A stretch of 64,000 bases of DNA, taken from IMG/VR virus record IMGVR_UViG_3300044711_000095, positions 18,540-82,539 of that record. One strand, 5' to 3'. The notes beneath the pieces were generated by a model. It did not search any database and was not told the origin of the DNA. It saw nothing but the letters and a program-made list of their open reading frames with translations. This document shows, piece after piece, positions 8,536 to 17,868 of this stretch; position 1 is the first letter of the stretch; every line of letters starts with the position of its first letter. Position numbers and translations under genes: made by a program. The stretch comes from a virus. Taxonomy: Duplodnaviria; Caudoviricetes.

Positions 8536-9252
8536 ATGTCCGTGACCGTCACCGTCACCGACGACATCCGCGCCGCCCTCGCGGCGGCCCTGAACAGCCC
8601 CGACCTGACCCTGATCTCCGGTCTCGGCAACGCCGACGGCGGTCCGGCCTCCGGCGAGCGGTGCACCATCGCTGAGATCAACCTGGTGTTGACGGGGAAG
8701 CTGTCGGACGACCCACACCCGTGCATCTCGGAGGTCATCAGGCAGTGGGTGATCCGGGTCCAGGACAGGATGCCGGACTCGATCCGCAACTCGTCCGCGT
8801 GGCGCGGGGCGTCTGTGGGGATCGCCGGGTCGGCGTCCACCCCGGGCGTGGAGCAGGCCCGTCGCCAGATGGTGATGGATTGGATGTGGGAGCGGCTCGG
8901 TGACGAGGCTGTCCTGGAGGCGATCCCGGCGGGGTGCCGGGCGGCGTGGGACCGGATGCTGTCCGAGAGGACGTGCGAGGCGTCGAGTGAGGCCCGGCGG
9001 CAACTGCGCGCCGCCGCCGCCTCCGCCGCCGCCGCCGACGACGCCGCCTACGTCGCCGCCGCCGCCTACTCCGCCTCCGCCGCCTCCTCCGCCGCCGCCT
9101 CCGCCGCCGCCGCCGCCTACGTCGCCGCCTCCGCCGCCGCCTACTCCGCCTCCGCCGCCGCCGACGACGCCGCCTCCGCCGCCGCTCGCCAGGCGTTCTG
9201 GGAGCGGTCCGACCCGGCCGCCCTCCTCACCCGCCTCATCGAAACCCACTGA
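8536..9252 (+). CDS. Hypothetical protein with Ala-rich repeat
   Basis: AGGAG RBS; CTIAEINL..DDPHPCISEVI domain followed by a (GCC)n tract. Confidence 0.75.
   Translation: MSVTVTVTDDIRAALAAALNSPDLTLISGLGNADGGPASGERCTIAEINLVLTGKLSDDPHPCISEVIRQWVIRVQDRMPDSIRNSSAWRGASVGIAGSASTPGVEQARRQMVMDWMWERLGDEAVLEAIPAGCRAAWDRMLSERTCEASSEARRQLRAAAASAAAADDAAYVAAAAYSASAASSAAASAAAAAYVAASAAAYSASAAADDAASAAARQAFWERSDPAALLTRLIETH
9008..9185 (+). repeat. GCC-triplet low-complexity tract
   Basis: GCC repeats interrupted in frame by TCC/TAC/GAC/GTC. Confidence 0.9.
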
Positions 9253-9255
9253 CAC

Positions 9256-9474
9256 ATGGCAGACACCCCCCCACGACTCACCAACCCTGAAGCAGCCGCC
9301 TACGCGGGCAAGACGCCCGCCGCCTGGAAACAAGCCAGGGTCCGCCGCCCATGCCCCCCTGACGGGCACTTCGGCCGCACCCCCTACTGGCACCCGTCCA
9401 CCATCGACCGGTGGCTGTCCCAGGCCCCACACCCGGGCCGCCACCACCCACCAACCACGAGGACCACACCTTGA
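9256..9474 (+). CDS. AlpA/excisionase-like HTH protein
   Basis: LTNPEAAAYAG...PPDGHFGRTPYWHPSTIDRWL. Confidence 0.7.
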   Translation: MADTPPRLTNPEAAAYAGKTPAAWKQARVRRPCPPDGHFGRTPYWHPSTIDRWLSQAPHPGRHHPPTTRTTP

Positions 9475-10484
9475 CCACCACACTGACCTACCGCGCCGAC
9501 CCGGACCTGAAGGCCGCCCTCGTCGCCGAGATGGCCGACCACGCCCGCCTCGACCAGCTCATCCAGGGCGCCTACCTCAACCCCGACGGGAAGGGCTGCG
9601 CCGTCGGCTGCACCATCTCCGGCCGGCTCCTCGCCGAACTCGGAACGCCCAGCGCGGTCGAGGAGCGGGTCCGGGAGTCCGGCGGCTGGCACGAGACGTG
9701 GGCGCAGGTCACCGGACTCCCCCAGTGGCTCGGGGAACTCGACGACACCATCTTCGAGGGCCTCACCATCGAGGAGTCGAAGGGGTGGCCGCTGCGCCTC
9801 CTGGAGGCTGTCCCTGTCGGCGTGGACCTTGCCCCGGTCCGGGACCAGATCATCCGGTCTGCCCTGTTCGACCCGTCGCGTGGTGCGATCACGCTTGCCG
9901 CCGCCGAATTGGATGCGGAGGGGTACGCCAACTTCGCTGCCGCCCTGCAGGCGTTCCCTACGACGTCGGACTACAGCGCGGTACACACCGAACTGTCCGA
10001 CATGAACTGGCAATGCGAGCATCTCCTTAGCTGGACGATCGACGCGACGCTCGCGGCCATGACCGGGACCGTTGATGAGGTGGTCGAGAACGCCGCGTAC
10101 GCCGCCGTCACGGGCCGCCGCGCGCAATATTCGTGGCTCGCTGACATGGTGATCGGTCACCTGTCCGCCGCCGGAGGTGACCGAGTGACCGACCGGACGC
10201 CACACGTGCCCGCCGTCTCCTGGGCCGGGATCGTCGGCGCGTCGAGTTGGCTGTGCACCGGCATGTGGCGCCAGGCCGACACCGGCGCCCTGGTCAGCTG
10301 CCCCCGCCCCGGCACGTGGGATGTGATGACCTCGTGCCCGTCCGGGCACGATAAGGCCGGCCTGTACTGCGACGTCCACAAGGGTGAAGCCGGGTCGGGT
10401 GGGCTGCCTTGCTCGGCCGGCACGCCGGCCTGTGGGCTGCCGGTGTCCCTGGTCGTGGCGACACCCCTCGGGGGCGGGTCGTGA
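9471..10484 (+). CDS. Hypothetical protein (GKGCAVGCT motif), possibly a fusion of two genes
   Basis: TTG start; internal GGAGG+GTG at 10185 in frame; Cys-rich C-terminal part. Confidence 0.65.
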   Translation: MTTTLTYRADPDLKAALVAEMADHARLDQLIQGAYLNPDGKGCAVGCTISGRLLAELGTPSAVEERVRESGGWHETWAQVTGLPQWLGELDDTIFEGLTIEESKGWPLRLLEAVPVGVDLAPVRDQIIRSALFDPSRGAITLAAAELDAEGYANFAAALQAFPTTSDYSAVHTELSDMNWQCEHLLSWTIDATLAAMTGTVDEVVENAAYAAVTGRRAQYSWLADMVIGHLSAAGGDRVTDRTPHVPAVSWAGIVGASSWLCTGMWRQADTGALVSCPRPGTWDVMTSCPSGHDKAGLYCDVHKGEAGSGGLPCSAGTPACGLPVSLVVATPLGGGS

Positions 10485-11748
10485 CCGCGCCGGAGCAGGA
10501 CACCCAGCCCGGGCACCGGCCGTGCGGGAGGTGCGGGACGTGGCCGGAGCCGTTCTACGTCCTGGAGGGGGACAACGGTCGGGGCCGGACCGTGTCGTTC
10601 GGCCACTCCGCGTCTCGGGGTGATGCGGTAGCACGTCTAGTGCCCGCCCAGTTGGATTTCCCTGACCTGTACCGGTGGAAGATCCTGCGGATGACCCCGG
10701 CAACGATCACGGAGACCGTGGACGAGTTCGAGACTCCCCGGGCCGGCGAGTCGTGATCGACCACACGACCGGAGCTGAACTCGCCCACCGGTTCCTCGCC
10801 AACCCGGAGAACACCCTGTTCTGCGCCAGGAAGGCCGGTAGTGACCCATGCTGGGCGCCGACCGTCTGGGCGGTCTACCTGTCGTGCCCGGAAGGGTGCC
10901 AGGGGGTCGCCGCGCTCTGCGGGGATGACGCCGTGAAGGCGGCCACCGTCGGGTCGCGCTGCGGGAAGCACCCGGAGGTCAGCTTCCGGGTGCTGGCGAT
11001 GTACCGGATCGAGGTGGCGTCGTGACCGGCCGAGAGTGCGGCGCTTACCGCCCCGCCCTCGGAGACAATCCGTGCGAAGAGTCGACCAAGTTCGACGTCG
11101 TGTACCGGTCGACGGAGTCCGGTCTGGTCCTGCTGTCTGTGCCGGCGTGTTTCGTTCACGGTCTCGCCGAGGTCGACCGCGCCACGGCCGCCGGTGTGAT
11201 GGCCGATGTGCGGATCGATGACCACGTAGAGGAGACGTCATGACCGTCCACATCTTGTTCATCGACCGGTCCACTTCCAGTTGCGGGTCCTGCCACCAGG
11301 AGACTCTCCCCGACGGGAAGACCCACGACGTGGTCTCCGGGTACGGGGGTGGGGCGGCGGGTTGCGGGGTGGAGTGGACGCACGTGTCCACCCACTACGC
11401 CGGTGACCCTGGATCTGAGGAGGGGTGCCGGGAGATGCGCCCGGACCTGGTGTGGATGGACCCGCGGGAAGCCGTCGCGGATGAGACCCGCCGGCACAAC
11501 GCGAAGGTCCGTTCGTACGTGGACTGGGCCGCTACTGGGATTGAGGAGGTGCCGTGGTGACCGTTTTAGGCGCACTGTGGTTGGTGGCCTGTTTCACGTT
11601 GGCGTTCGTCGTGATCTACAAGGTCGGCGTGGCTCGGGGCCGGGAGTTGGAACGTGCCCGCCGGAACGCGGACGTGGACCGTCTCCTGGGCATCACACCT
11701 GCGGAGGACGCTGCGCCGACCGGTGGCCTGAACACGTGGGACTTCTGA
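10481..11748 (+). CDS. Five coupled Cys-containing or membrane hypotheticals (10481-10756, 10753-11025, 11022-11243, 11240-11560, 11557-11748)
   Basis: Serial GTGA/ATGA overlaps with SD sequences. Confidence 0.65.
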
Positions 11749-11815
11749 TGGGCTGCCGACACGCCCACACAAGCAGTAGTAGCGCAAGCGCCAGTCGAGA
11801 GGGTAGGGTACTGCC

Positions 11816-12010
11816 ATGACCGAACGACCGACCGGGCGCATCCAGCTCACCGGCCTCACCGACGATGAGGAGCAGGTCATCCGGGACGCAGCGAGGTGGA
11901 GCCGGAAGACCATCAAGGACTACGTCATCGACCAGTCCAGGGCGACCATGCGCGAGGCCCAGGAATCCATCCTGAAGGCTGCGGGAGGCACCCATCGACC
12001 CGCATGCTGA
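11816..12010 (+). CDS. Ribbon-helix-helix (DUF1778-like) regulator, leaderless
   Basis: RIQL..LTDDEEQVIRDAARWSRKTIKDYVI; TAGGGT 6 nt before ATG. Confidence 0.7.
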   Translation: MTERPTGRIQLTGLTDDEEQVIRDAARWSRKTIKDYVIDQSRATMREAQESILKAAGGTHRPAC

Positions 12011-12222
12011 CCAGGTTCGGAGCTACCAAAACGACTACCGGGTGACCTGGATCTCGACGGGGGTCTAGGCCAGGTCACCCGGTGCGATACGTCCACTCCA
12101 GTGAGGGAGTAGCAACATGGCATCAAGCTTGGGGACCTGCGGTCAAGTCCCCGGCGCGACCGGCTCCGGGTCGAGCCCCTCGCCCAAATGGGCATGGTGA
12201 CCCGCGCGTGGGCCGCGGAGTC

Positions 12223-13302
12223 ATGGTCGATGGGCACCGACCGGCTGTCGAATGGGTCACGTCGATCCCCCGGGAGTGGGGCGTGACGCCGCCGGAGCGC
12301 CTCGTCTTGATGTGCTTGGCGTGTGACGCTTTCGACTGGGAGTCCGCCCCCGGGTATGACGCAGTCGCTGAATGGACGGGAATGCAGCGGTCGTCGTGCG
12401 CCGAGATTCTGACCCGGCTCTGCGAGGGCGCCTCAACGCGACCCGCGCTGCTTGAAAAGATTTCCACAATGGGCCGGCGGCGCACCATCTTTCGCCTTCT
12501 CGGCAAGGAAACGGGTTCCGCTCAACCGTCCGGCGGGGCCGGACGGTTCGGGGGTGGGCCGGACGCTGACGCGGACGAGGCCAACCGTCCGGCGTCACCG
12601 GACGGTTCGACCGACGAGATGGGCGAAGGGGACAGCGAACCGTCCGGCCGCACAGGACGGTTCAACCGTCTGGCCGAGCCGGACGGTTCGGGCCAACCGT
12701 CCGGCGTCACCGGACGGTTAGGACGCGGCGCGAACCGTCCGGCCGCACAGGACGGTTCAGCACTGCAGGAGCCGTCAACCGTCGGCGAACCGTCGGCGAA
12801 CCGTCCGGCCGGGCCGGACACGCCCTTAACCCTTAACCCAACTACGTCTCTTGACTCACCTTCCGAGGGGGGTACGGGGGGAGACGCGTCGCAGCAAGCT
12901 GCTCCGCCAGCCAAGACCAACTCAGCCAGGGGGCACCGGATCCCGGCCGACTGGGTGCCCAGCGTGGCCAAGCGGACGACTCTCCGCGAGAAATACGACC
13001 GGCCCAATGACTGGTGGCTCGACGAGACGGAGGCTTTCAGGAACCATTTCCTGGCCAGCACCGGCAGGAATGCGTCGAAGACGAATTGGGACCTGGCGTT
13101 CCACAACTGGATCAAGGAGGCGATCCGCCGGGAAGGCGGCCCGAACGGCGGCCGTCGCTGGGCCCCCAACGGATCGCCGAGCGGGTCGAAGGCCGACGAC
13201 GCGATCAAGGACATGGCTGCCCGCGCGGCGGCGATCAAGGCGGCGAAACAGACCGCGAACGGCAACACCCAACCCCAACTCGCCATCGAAGGATCATCGT
13301 GA
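12223..13302 (+). CDS. Phage replication initiator (N-terminal wHTH, repeat linker, C-terminal helical domain)
   Basis: VTPPERLVLMCLA...PGYDAVAEWTGMQRSS; C-terminal RGHRIPADW..F.NHF..TNWDLAFHNWI; directly upstream of loader and DnaB. Confidence 0.8.
   Translation: MVDGHRPAVEWVTSIPREWGVTPPERLVLMCLACDAFDWESAPGYDAVAEWTGMQRSSCAEILTRLCEGASTRPALLEKISTMGRRRTIFRLLGKETGSAQPSGGAGRFGGGPDADADEANRPASPDGSTDEMGEGDSEPSGRTGRFNRLAEPDGSGQPSGVTGRLGRGANRPAAQDGSALQEPSTVGEPSANRPAGPDTPLTLNPTTSLDSPSEGGTGGDASQQAAPPAKTNSARGHRIPADWVPSVAKRTTLREKYDRPNDWWLDETEAFRNHFLASTGRNASKTNWDLAFHNWIKEAIRREGGPNGGRRWAPNGSPSGSKADDAIKDMAARAAAIKAAKQTANGNTQPQLAIEGSS
12524..12822. repeat. Palindromic iterons, probable replication origin
   Basis: Six AACCGTC(C/T)-N9-GGACGGTT units at 12524, 12583, 12638, 12664, 12695, 12733 plus a partial copy at 12799, followed by an AT-richer CCCTTAACCCTTAACCC stretch. 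Confidence 0.8.
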
Positions 13303-13745
13303 ACGAACTCGACGAAGCCGACGTCTTGCGCATCCTCGCCAGGGTCAAGAGCTTCCACGGCCCGCAGGACGTCGGGGACACCGTCGTCGCGTCCTGGCTG
13401 CTCGCCCTGCAGCGAGCCGGTGTCCACAACGTGGACGACGCCGACGCTGCGGTGGTCGACCACTACTCCGATACGTCGGCGAACCCCTGGATCACTCCTG
13501 GCGATGTGATCGCCCGGTACCGCACGATCCGCGCCGCGCGGCTCAAGAACATCGACTACGGCGACGTCACTCAGGACGTGGACGCGAACGACGCCGATGC
13601 TTACCTCGCGACGATCCGGCACCGGTACGCCGCCATCGCGGACGGCGCGACCCTCGCCCAAGCGAACGCCCTCCCCCTGCCGCCCGCCGCCGCGCACGCC
13701 GCGATCGGAACGGCCGCACGTCGGCAGATCGGGAGGGCGCAGTGA
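13299..13745 (+). CDS. Helicase loader/inhibitor-like protein
   Basis: Between rep and dnaB; VASWLLAL..DADAAVVDHY..WITPGDV. Confidence 0.55.
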   Translation: MNELDEADVLRILARVKSFHGPQDVGDTVVASWLLALQRAGVHNVDDADAAVVDHYSDTSANPWITPGDVIARYRTIRAARLKNIDYGDVTQDVDANDADAYLATIRHRYAAIADGATLAQANALPLPPAAAHAAIGTAARRQIGRAQ

Positions 13746-15085
13746 CCGCCGTAGAGGATCTCGCCGTGCCCGACGCCGGCCTCGGGTCGCTGCCCGCGGA
13801 CCCGGACACCGAGCGGGCCCTTCTCGGTGCGTGCCTGGAGAGCCCCGCCGCGGTCGCGGACGCGGTCGAGGCCGGTGTGACCGCGGCGGACTTCTACAGC
13901 CCGGGGCACGCCGCGGTGTGGGAATCCGTGTGCCGGGTCCCGGTCCCGGGGGTCGTGGAGGTCCGCGCGGACATGGACGCGCACGGGACGCTCCGGGCGC
14001 TGCCGAACCCCGCGTACCTGGTGACGTTGGGCCGGTATGCGGTGGCGGCGTCGGCCGGGTTCTACGCCCGCCGGGTGATGGGTTTCGCGGCCCGGCGCCG
14101 GGCGATCACCGCCGGGCAGCGGATCATGCAGGCGGGGTGGCGGCTCAGCGACCCGTCGGAGGTGCAGGCGGAGGCCGAGGATGCCGTCGCCCGGATCTCC
14201 GCCCCGGTGGACACCTCCACATGGTCACCGCTCGGCGAGATCGCCGGCGATGTGTGGGCCGAGTACCAGGCGACGAAGAACCGCGGGTACGTCGAGGGAA
14301 TCCGTTGGGGGTACATCGACATCGACCGGGTCATGAACCCGCTGCAGCCCGGCGACCTGGCCGTGGTGGTGGCGTGGGCTGGGGGCGGGAAGTCGGTGGT
14401 CGCGTCGAACTTGGCGTTGGACGCGTCGATCGTTCAGGGCAAGCGGTCCCTGGTCCACGCCTTGGAGATGACGCGGCGGCAGTTGGGGCAGCGCTGGGCC
14501 GCGAAGACCGGCGGGCTGTGCCTCTCGAAAATCCTGGACGGGACTCTGTCGGAGGACGAGGAGTGTCGGTTCTGGGAGGCGCTCGCGGAGATGGAGGAGG
14601 CTCCGCTGATCGTGGACGAGGTCGGGTCGCTTTCGCTGTCGCGGTTGCGGGCGTCGATCCGCCGGCACAAGCCGGAGATCGTGATCGTCGACCAGATCCC
14701 GATCATGGAGGTGGATGATCCGGCGGGCCGGGCGTCTCGTGAGCAGGCCCTGACGAGACTGTCCTACGGGCTGAAGGAACTCGCGAAGGCCGAGGGCATC
14801 CCGATCGTCGCGTGTGCCCAGTTGAATTCCGCACCGCTGAACCGGGCCGAGAAGCTCCCCACCTTGGAGGACATCCGCGAGTCACGGGGCATCGGGCAGG
14901 CCGCGACCATCGCGGTGTTCCTGTGGGACCCGTGCAAGGTCCAACCGGAGAGCCCACGCGCCGGGGAGATCGATTGGATCATCCGGAAGCAACGGCAGGG
15001 CCGCAGCGACTTGATCATCCCGATGGCGCAGCAGTTCCACTACTCCCGCCTGTACGACCTCGGCCGCGACCCGGAAGAAGCGTGA
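13742..15085 (+). CDS. dnaB: Replicative DNA helicase
   Basis: PADPDTERALLGACL N-terminus; AWAGGGKS Walker A; ALEM; IVDQI; QLN; DIRESRGIGQAA; KQRQG. Confidence 0.93.
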   Translation: MTAVEDLAVPDAGLGSLPADPDTERALLGACLESPAAVADAVEAGVTAADFYSPGHAAVWESVCRVPVPGVVEVRADMDAHGTLRALPNPAYLVTLGRYAVAASAGFYARRVMGFAARRRAITAGQRIMQAGWRLSDPSEVQAEAEDAVARISAPVDTSTWSPLGEIAGDVWAEYQATKNRGYVEGIRWGYIDIDRVMNPLQPGDLAVVVAWAGGGKSVVASNLALDASIVQGKRSLVHALEMTRRQLGQRWAAKTGGLCLSKILDGTLSEDEECRFWEALAEMEEAPLIVDEVGSLSLSRLRASIRRHKPEIVIVDQIPIMEVDDPAGRASREQALTRLSYGLKELAKAEGIPIVACAQLNSAPLNRAEKLPTLEDIRESRGIGQAATIAVFLWDPCKVQPESPRAGEIDWIIRKQRQGRSDLIIPMAQQFHYSRLYDLGRDPEEA

Positions 15086-15086
15086 C

Positions 15087-16471
15087 ATGACTACCTCAAC
15101 CATCGACCTGGACCTGTCCGTCCTGAGGTGCGCCGGATGCCTCGACCCAGTCAGCGAGGATGACTCGGCGCTGGAGGCGTCGTACGCGGACATCAACTCC
15201 GGCCAGCCGTTCGAGTGGCGCGTGTGGCACAGCGACTGCTCCGGCGACGACGGGTACTGCATCGACCTGGCCCGTATCGAGACCCACGCCGAGGCCGCCT
15301 GGTGGACTGACCACCTGTCCGGCAAGGAGTGGTACCCGCGGTCGAACTGGCGGCAGTTGATGGCCGCCCTCAAGTTCGACGCCCGACCGCACGAGGACAT
15401 GTGATGTCCGACCCGCGTGGGATCTTCCAGGACAGCGACGAATACTGGCGGGCCGTGGAGTTCGAGGGCTGGCCTGTGATGGACCTGGACCCGTGGCGTG
15501 TGTCAACCCAACCAACCGAACCGATCATGAACGGAAAGGTCGATCATGAATGAGTCTTCCCGCCAACCGGCGAGCGTGGTAGCGCCCGCCCCGTACGGGA
15601 CGGTCCCCGTCGAGGGTGCCGCGATGCGGATGCTCGCCCACCACGCGGCCCGCGGGTACGCGTTCTGGTTGTCCGTCGCCGACCCGGGGACGTCGCTGCT
15701 GCATCTGGCGACCGCTGAGACGGGGGTGGCGGTGGAGTGGCAGTTGGCCCGCGCCTGGCTCGCGCTGTACGCCGGGTTCGACGCCGACACGGCAGCGGCG
15801 GACATCGCGTACGACTCGACCCGCCCGGAAGAGTTCGGGGACGACTTCCGGCTGTTCTGCATGCCGGCTGGCGTGGACCCGGACCGGATCGCCCCCGCGT
15901 TCCCCGGGTCGCAGGTGACGGCGTGACCGGCGACCCGCAGATCGACGTGGCGTCCTGGAACGCCGTGGCCCGCGAGTGCGCGGACCTGCGGGACCAGCTC
16001 GCCCAGACCGTGGAGGAGTTGACTGCTGCCCGGGAGGACGCCGCACACCAGTTCACGCAGAGGTGCGTTGAGACGGTCCGCGCTGAGGACGCCGCGGTGG
16101 TGGTCCGGACCGCCCGGAACTTGATCGACGGCGGCACCGGCCCGGGCCACACGAACCGGCGGTGGGAACTCTCGGACGCCATCGAAGCGTACGACTCCCG
16201 GTCGCTGCTGGTCGACGCCGACCTGGACGGTGCTGGGATGCGGCAGCTCGCCGCTGTCCTGCTCGCCCACGCGGCCCGACTGGACGCCGTGCCCGCACCC
16301 GCAGACCTGGACGTCGATGAGAGGCGCGCGGCGATCCTGGCGGCTGGCAGCGACGCGCTCACGGCCGCCCACCGCGAGCTGCGGGCCGCCGGGGTGGCAC
16401 CGGTGGACCCCCCGGGCGGGCTGGGCGCCGAGACGGGCGCACAAGGCCAGCTAGAGGGTGATGCGCGGTGA
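15087..16471 (+). CDS. Four hypotheticals (15087-15404, 15404-15553, 15546-15926, 15923-16471)
   Basis: Coupled ORFs with SD sequences. Confidence 0.6.
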
Positions 16472-16869
16472 CCGGCCGTCAGTGGTTCGTCCGCAACCCG
16501 GACGCCCCGCCCCGCGAGGTCTGGTCGTACGCGAACCAGGGCACGGGCCTGACCCGCCACGGGAAGTGCAGCCTCGTGTGGTGGCAGTCCGGGAACTACA
16601 CCAGTCACTGCGCCGGATGTTGCCGGACGTTCACGTCGCTCGCCGGGTTCGACGCCCACCAGGAGTTGGACACGACTGGCCGGGTGGTCTGCCACGACCC
16701 GGCCGGGATCGTCGACGACCAGGGCCGCCTCCGGTTCGGTTTCGAACGGGGCCACCACTACGGGGAAACGGCCCCCGGATACTGGACGGCGCTCCCGGCG
16801 TCCACCCGGACCCTCCCCGGACCGGGAATCCGCGTGTGGACGACGGATGAGGGGGTGTTTCCCGAGTGA
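16468..16869 (+). CDS. Phage FDXHR zinc-binding protein
   Basis: HCAGCCRTFTSLAGFDAHQ...CHDPA. Confidence 0.8.
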   Translation: MTGRQWFVRNPDAPPREVWSYANQGTGLTRHGKCSLVWWQSGNYTSHCAGCCRTFTSLAGFDAHQELDTTGRVVCHDPAGIVDDQGRLRFGFERGHHYGETAPGYWTALPASTRTLPGPGIRVWTTDEGVFPE

Positions 16870-17081
16870 CTCTCCCCACCCCGAACGGCCGGAAGGTTCT
16901 CGCGGCCGTCGCAGCAGCTACCGCCCGGGACGGGTACCCGTCGATCGCTGCGGTCGCGGAACTGTCCGGCCTGTCCGCCAGGGTGATCCCCGCGCACCTG
17001 TTCCTGCTGCAGACGTCGGGGCACCTGGAGGCCGCCGAGGGTGGCCTGCGGGTCACGGAACCGCTGCGGGTGGTGAAGTGA
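16866..17081 (+). CDS. LexA-like winged-helix DNA-binding protein
   Basis: GRKVLAAV..RDGYPSIAAVAELSGLS..AHLFLLQTSGHL. Confidence 0.65.
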   Translation: MTLPTPNGRKVLAAVAAATARDGYPSIAAVAELSGLSARVIPAHLFLLQTSGHLEAAEGGLRVTEPLRVVK

Positions 17082-17134
17082 AGTCGACTCCCCCACACGG
17101 CGTGTCGTACGCTGCGCTGCGCTAGTGTGAGCGT

Positions 17135-17350
17135 ATGCCGACCAACCGACGGGCGGGGCGAGACCCGGACCCGTACACCGCATCCAACCTCCGGGCATCG
17201 GCCTGGGACGCCATTCGGGCAGCGAAGCGATCTGTCCGTGGAGAAGGCGACCCATCGCAGTCCGATGTCGTCAAGGCTGCCATCAAGGTCGCATCCATGC
17301 ACATGGACGAGTGGACCGCCGCCATCCAGTCGGCGGATGACGCCGAATGA
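17135..17350 (+). CDS. Small RHH-like protein, leaderless
   Basis: TAGTGT 6 nt before ATG; SQSDVVKAAI helix. Confidence 0.55.
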   Translation: MPTNRRAGRDPDPYTASNLRASAWDAIRAAKRSVRGEGDPSQSDVVKAAIKVASMHMDEWTAAIQSADDAE

Positions 17351-17868
17351 CCACTCTTTCGACTACCTGCGTCGCGCCATCTTGCGAGCGAACTCCTTCC
17401 GCCAGGGGGTGGTGCAATCTTCATTATCAGCGGTTCATCCGGTGGGGGGATATCGAGGGCCACGCTCCTACCCGCGAAGAGCGGTTCTGGTCGCGTGTCG
17501 ATAGGACGGATGGCTGCTGGAACTGGACTGCAACCATCCAAAATGCCGGCTATGGGTGGACGGGACGGGACCTAGCGCATCGAGTCTCGTACCGAATGGT
17601 TCGCGGTGAGATCCCGGCGGGTATGACCATAGATCATCTCTGCCGGAACCGCAGATGCGCCAACCCTGAACACCTCGAATTGGTCACTCTTGCAGAGAAT
17701 ATTCGTCGTGGCGACTCTCCCTCGGCCCGGACCGCAAGGACAGGAATCTGTGCGCGCGGCCACGAGATGACTCCGGGCAACGTGTACATCGCCCCCGGGG
17801 ACGGGTCGCGGCGGTGCCGGGCTTGCGTGTCGCTTCGCGAGGGCACCAGAAAGGGTCAGACGACATGA
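17347..17868 (+). CDS. HNH homing endonuclease
   Basis: FWSRVDRTDGCWNW, AHRVSY, IDHLCRNRRCANPEHLELVT..EN; C..GH..C..C tail. Confidence 0.9.
   Translation: MTTLSTTCVAPSCERTPSARGWCNLHYQRFIRWGDIEGHAPTREERFWSRVDRTDGCWNWTATIQNAGYGWTGRDLAHRVSYRMVRGEIPAGMTIDHLCRNRRCANPEHLELVTLAENIRRGDSPSARTARTGICARGHEMTPGNVYIAPGDGSRRCRACVSLREGTRKGQTT

Noticed and set aside
9008-9185. Diversity-generating retroelement variable repeat
   Set aside because: No reverse transcriptase or template repeat in the window
12524-12822. CRISPR array or MITEs
   Set aside because: Repeats lie in frame inside the initiator gene with 9-nt spacers; they fit iterons
12822-12840. Telomere-like CCCTTAA repeat
   Set aside because: Only two copies, inside a coding region
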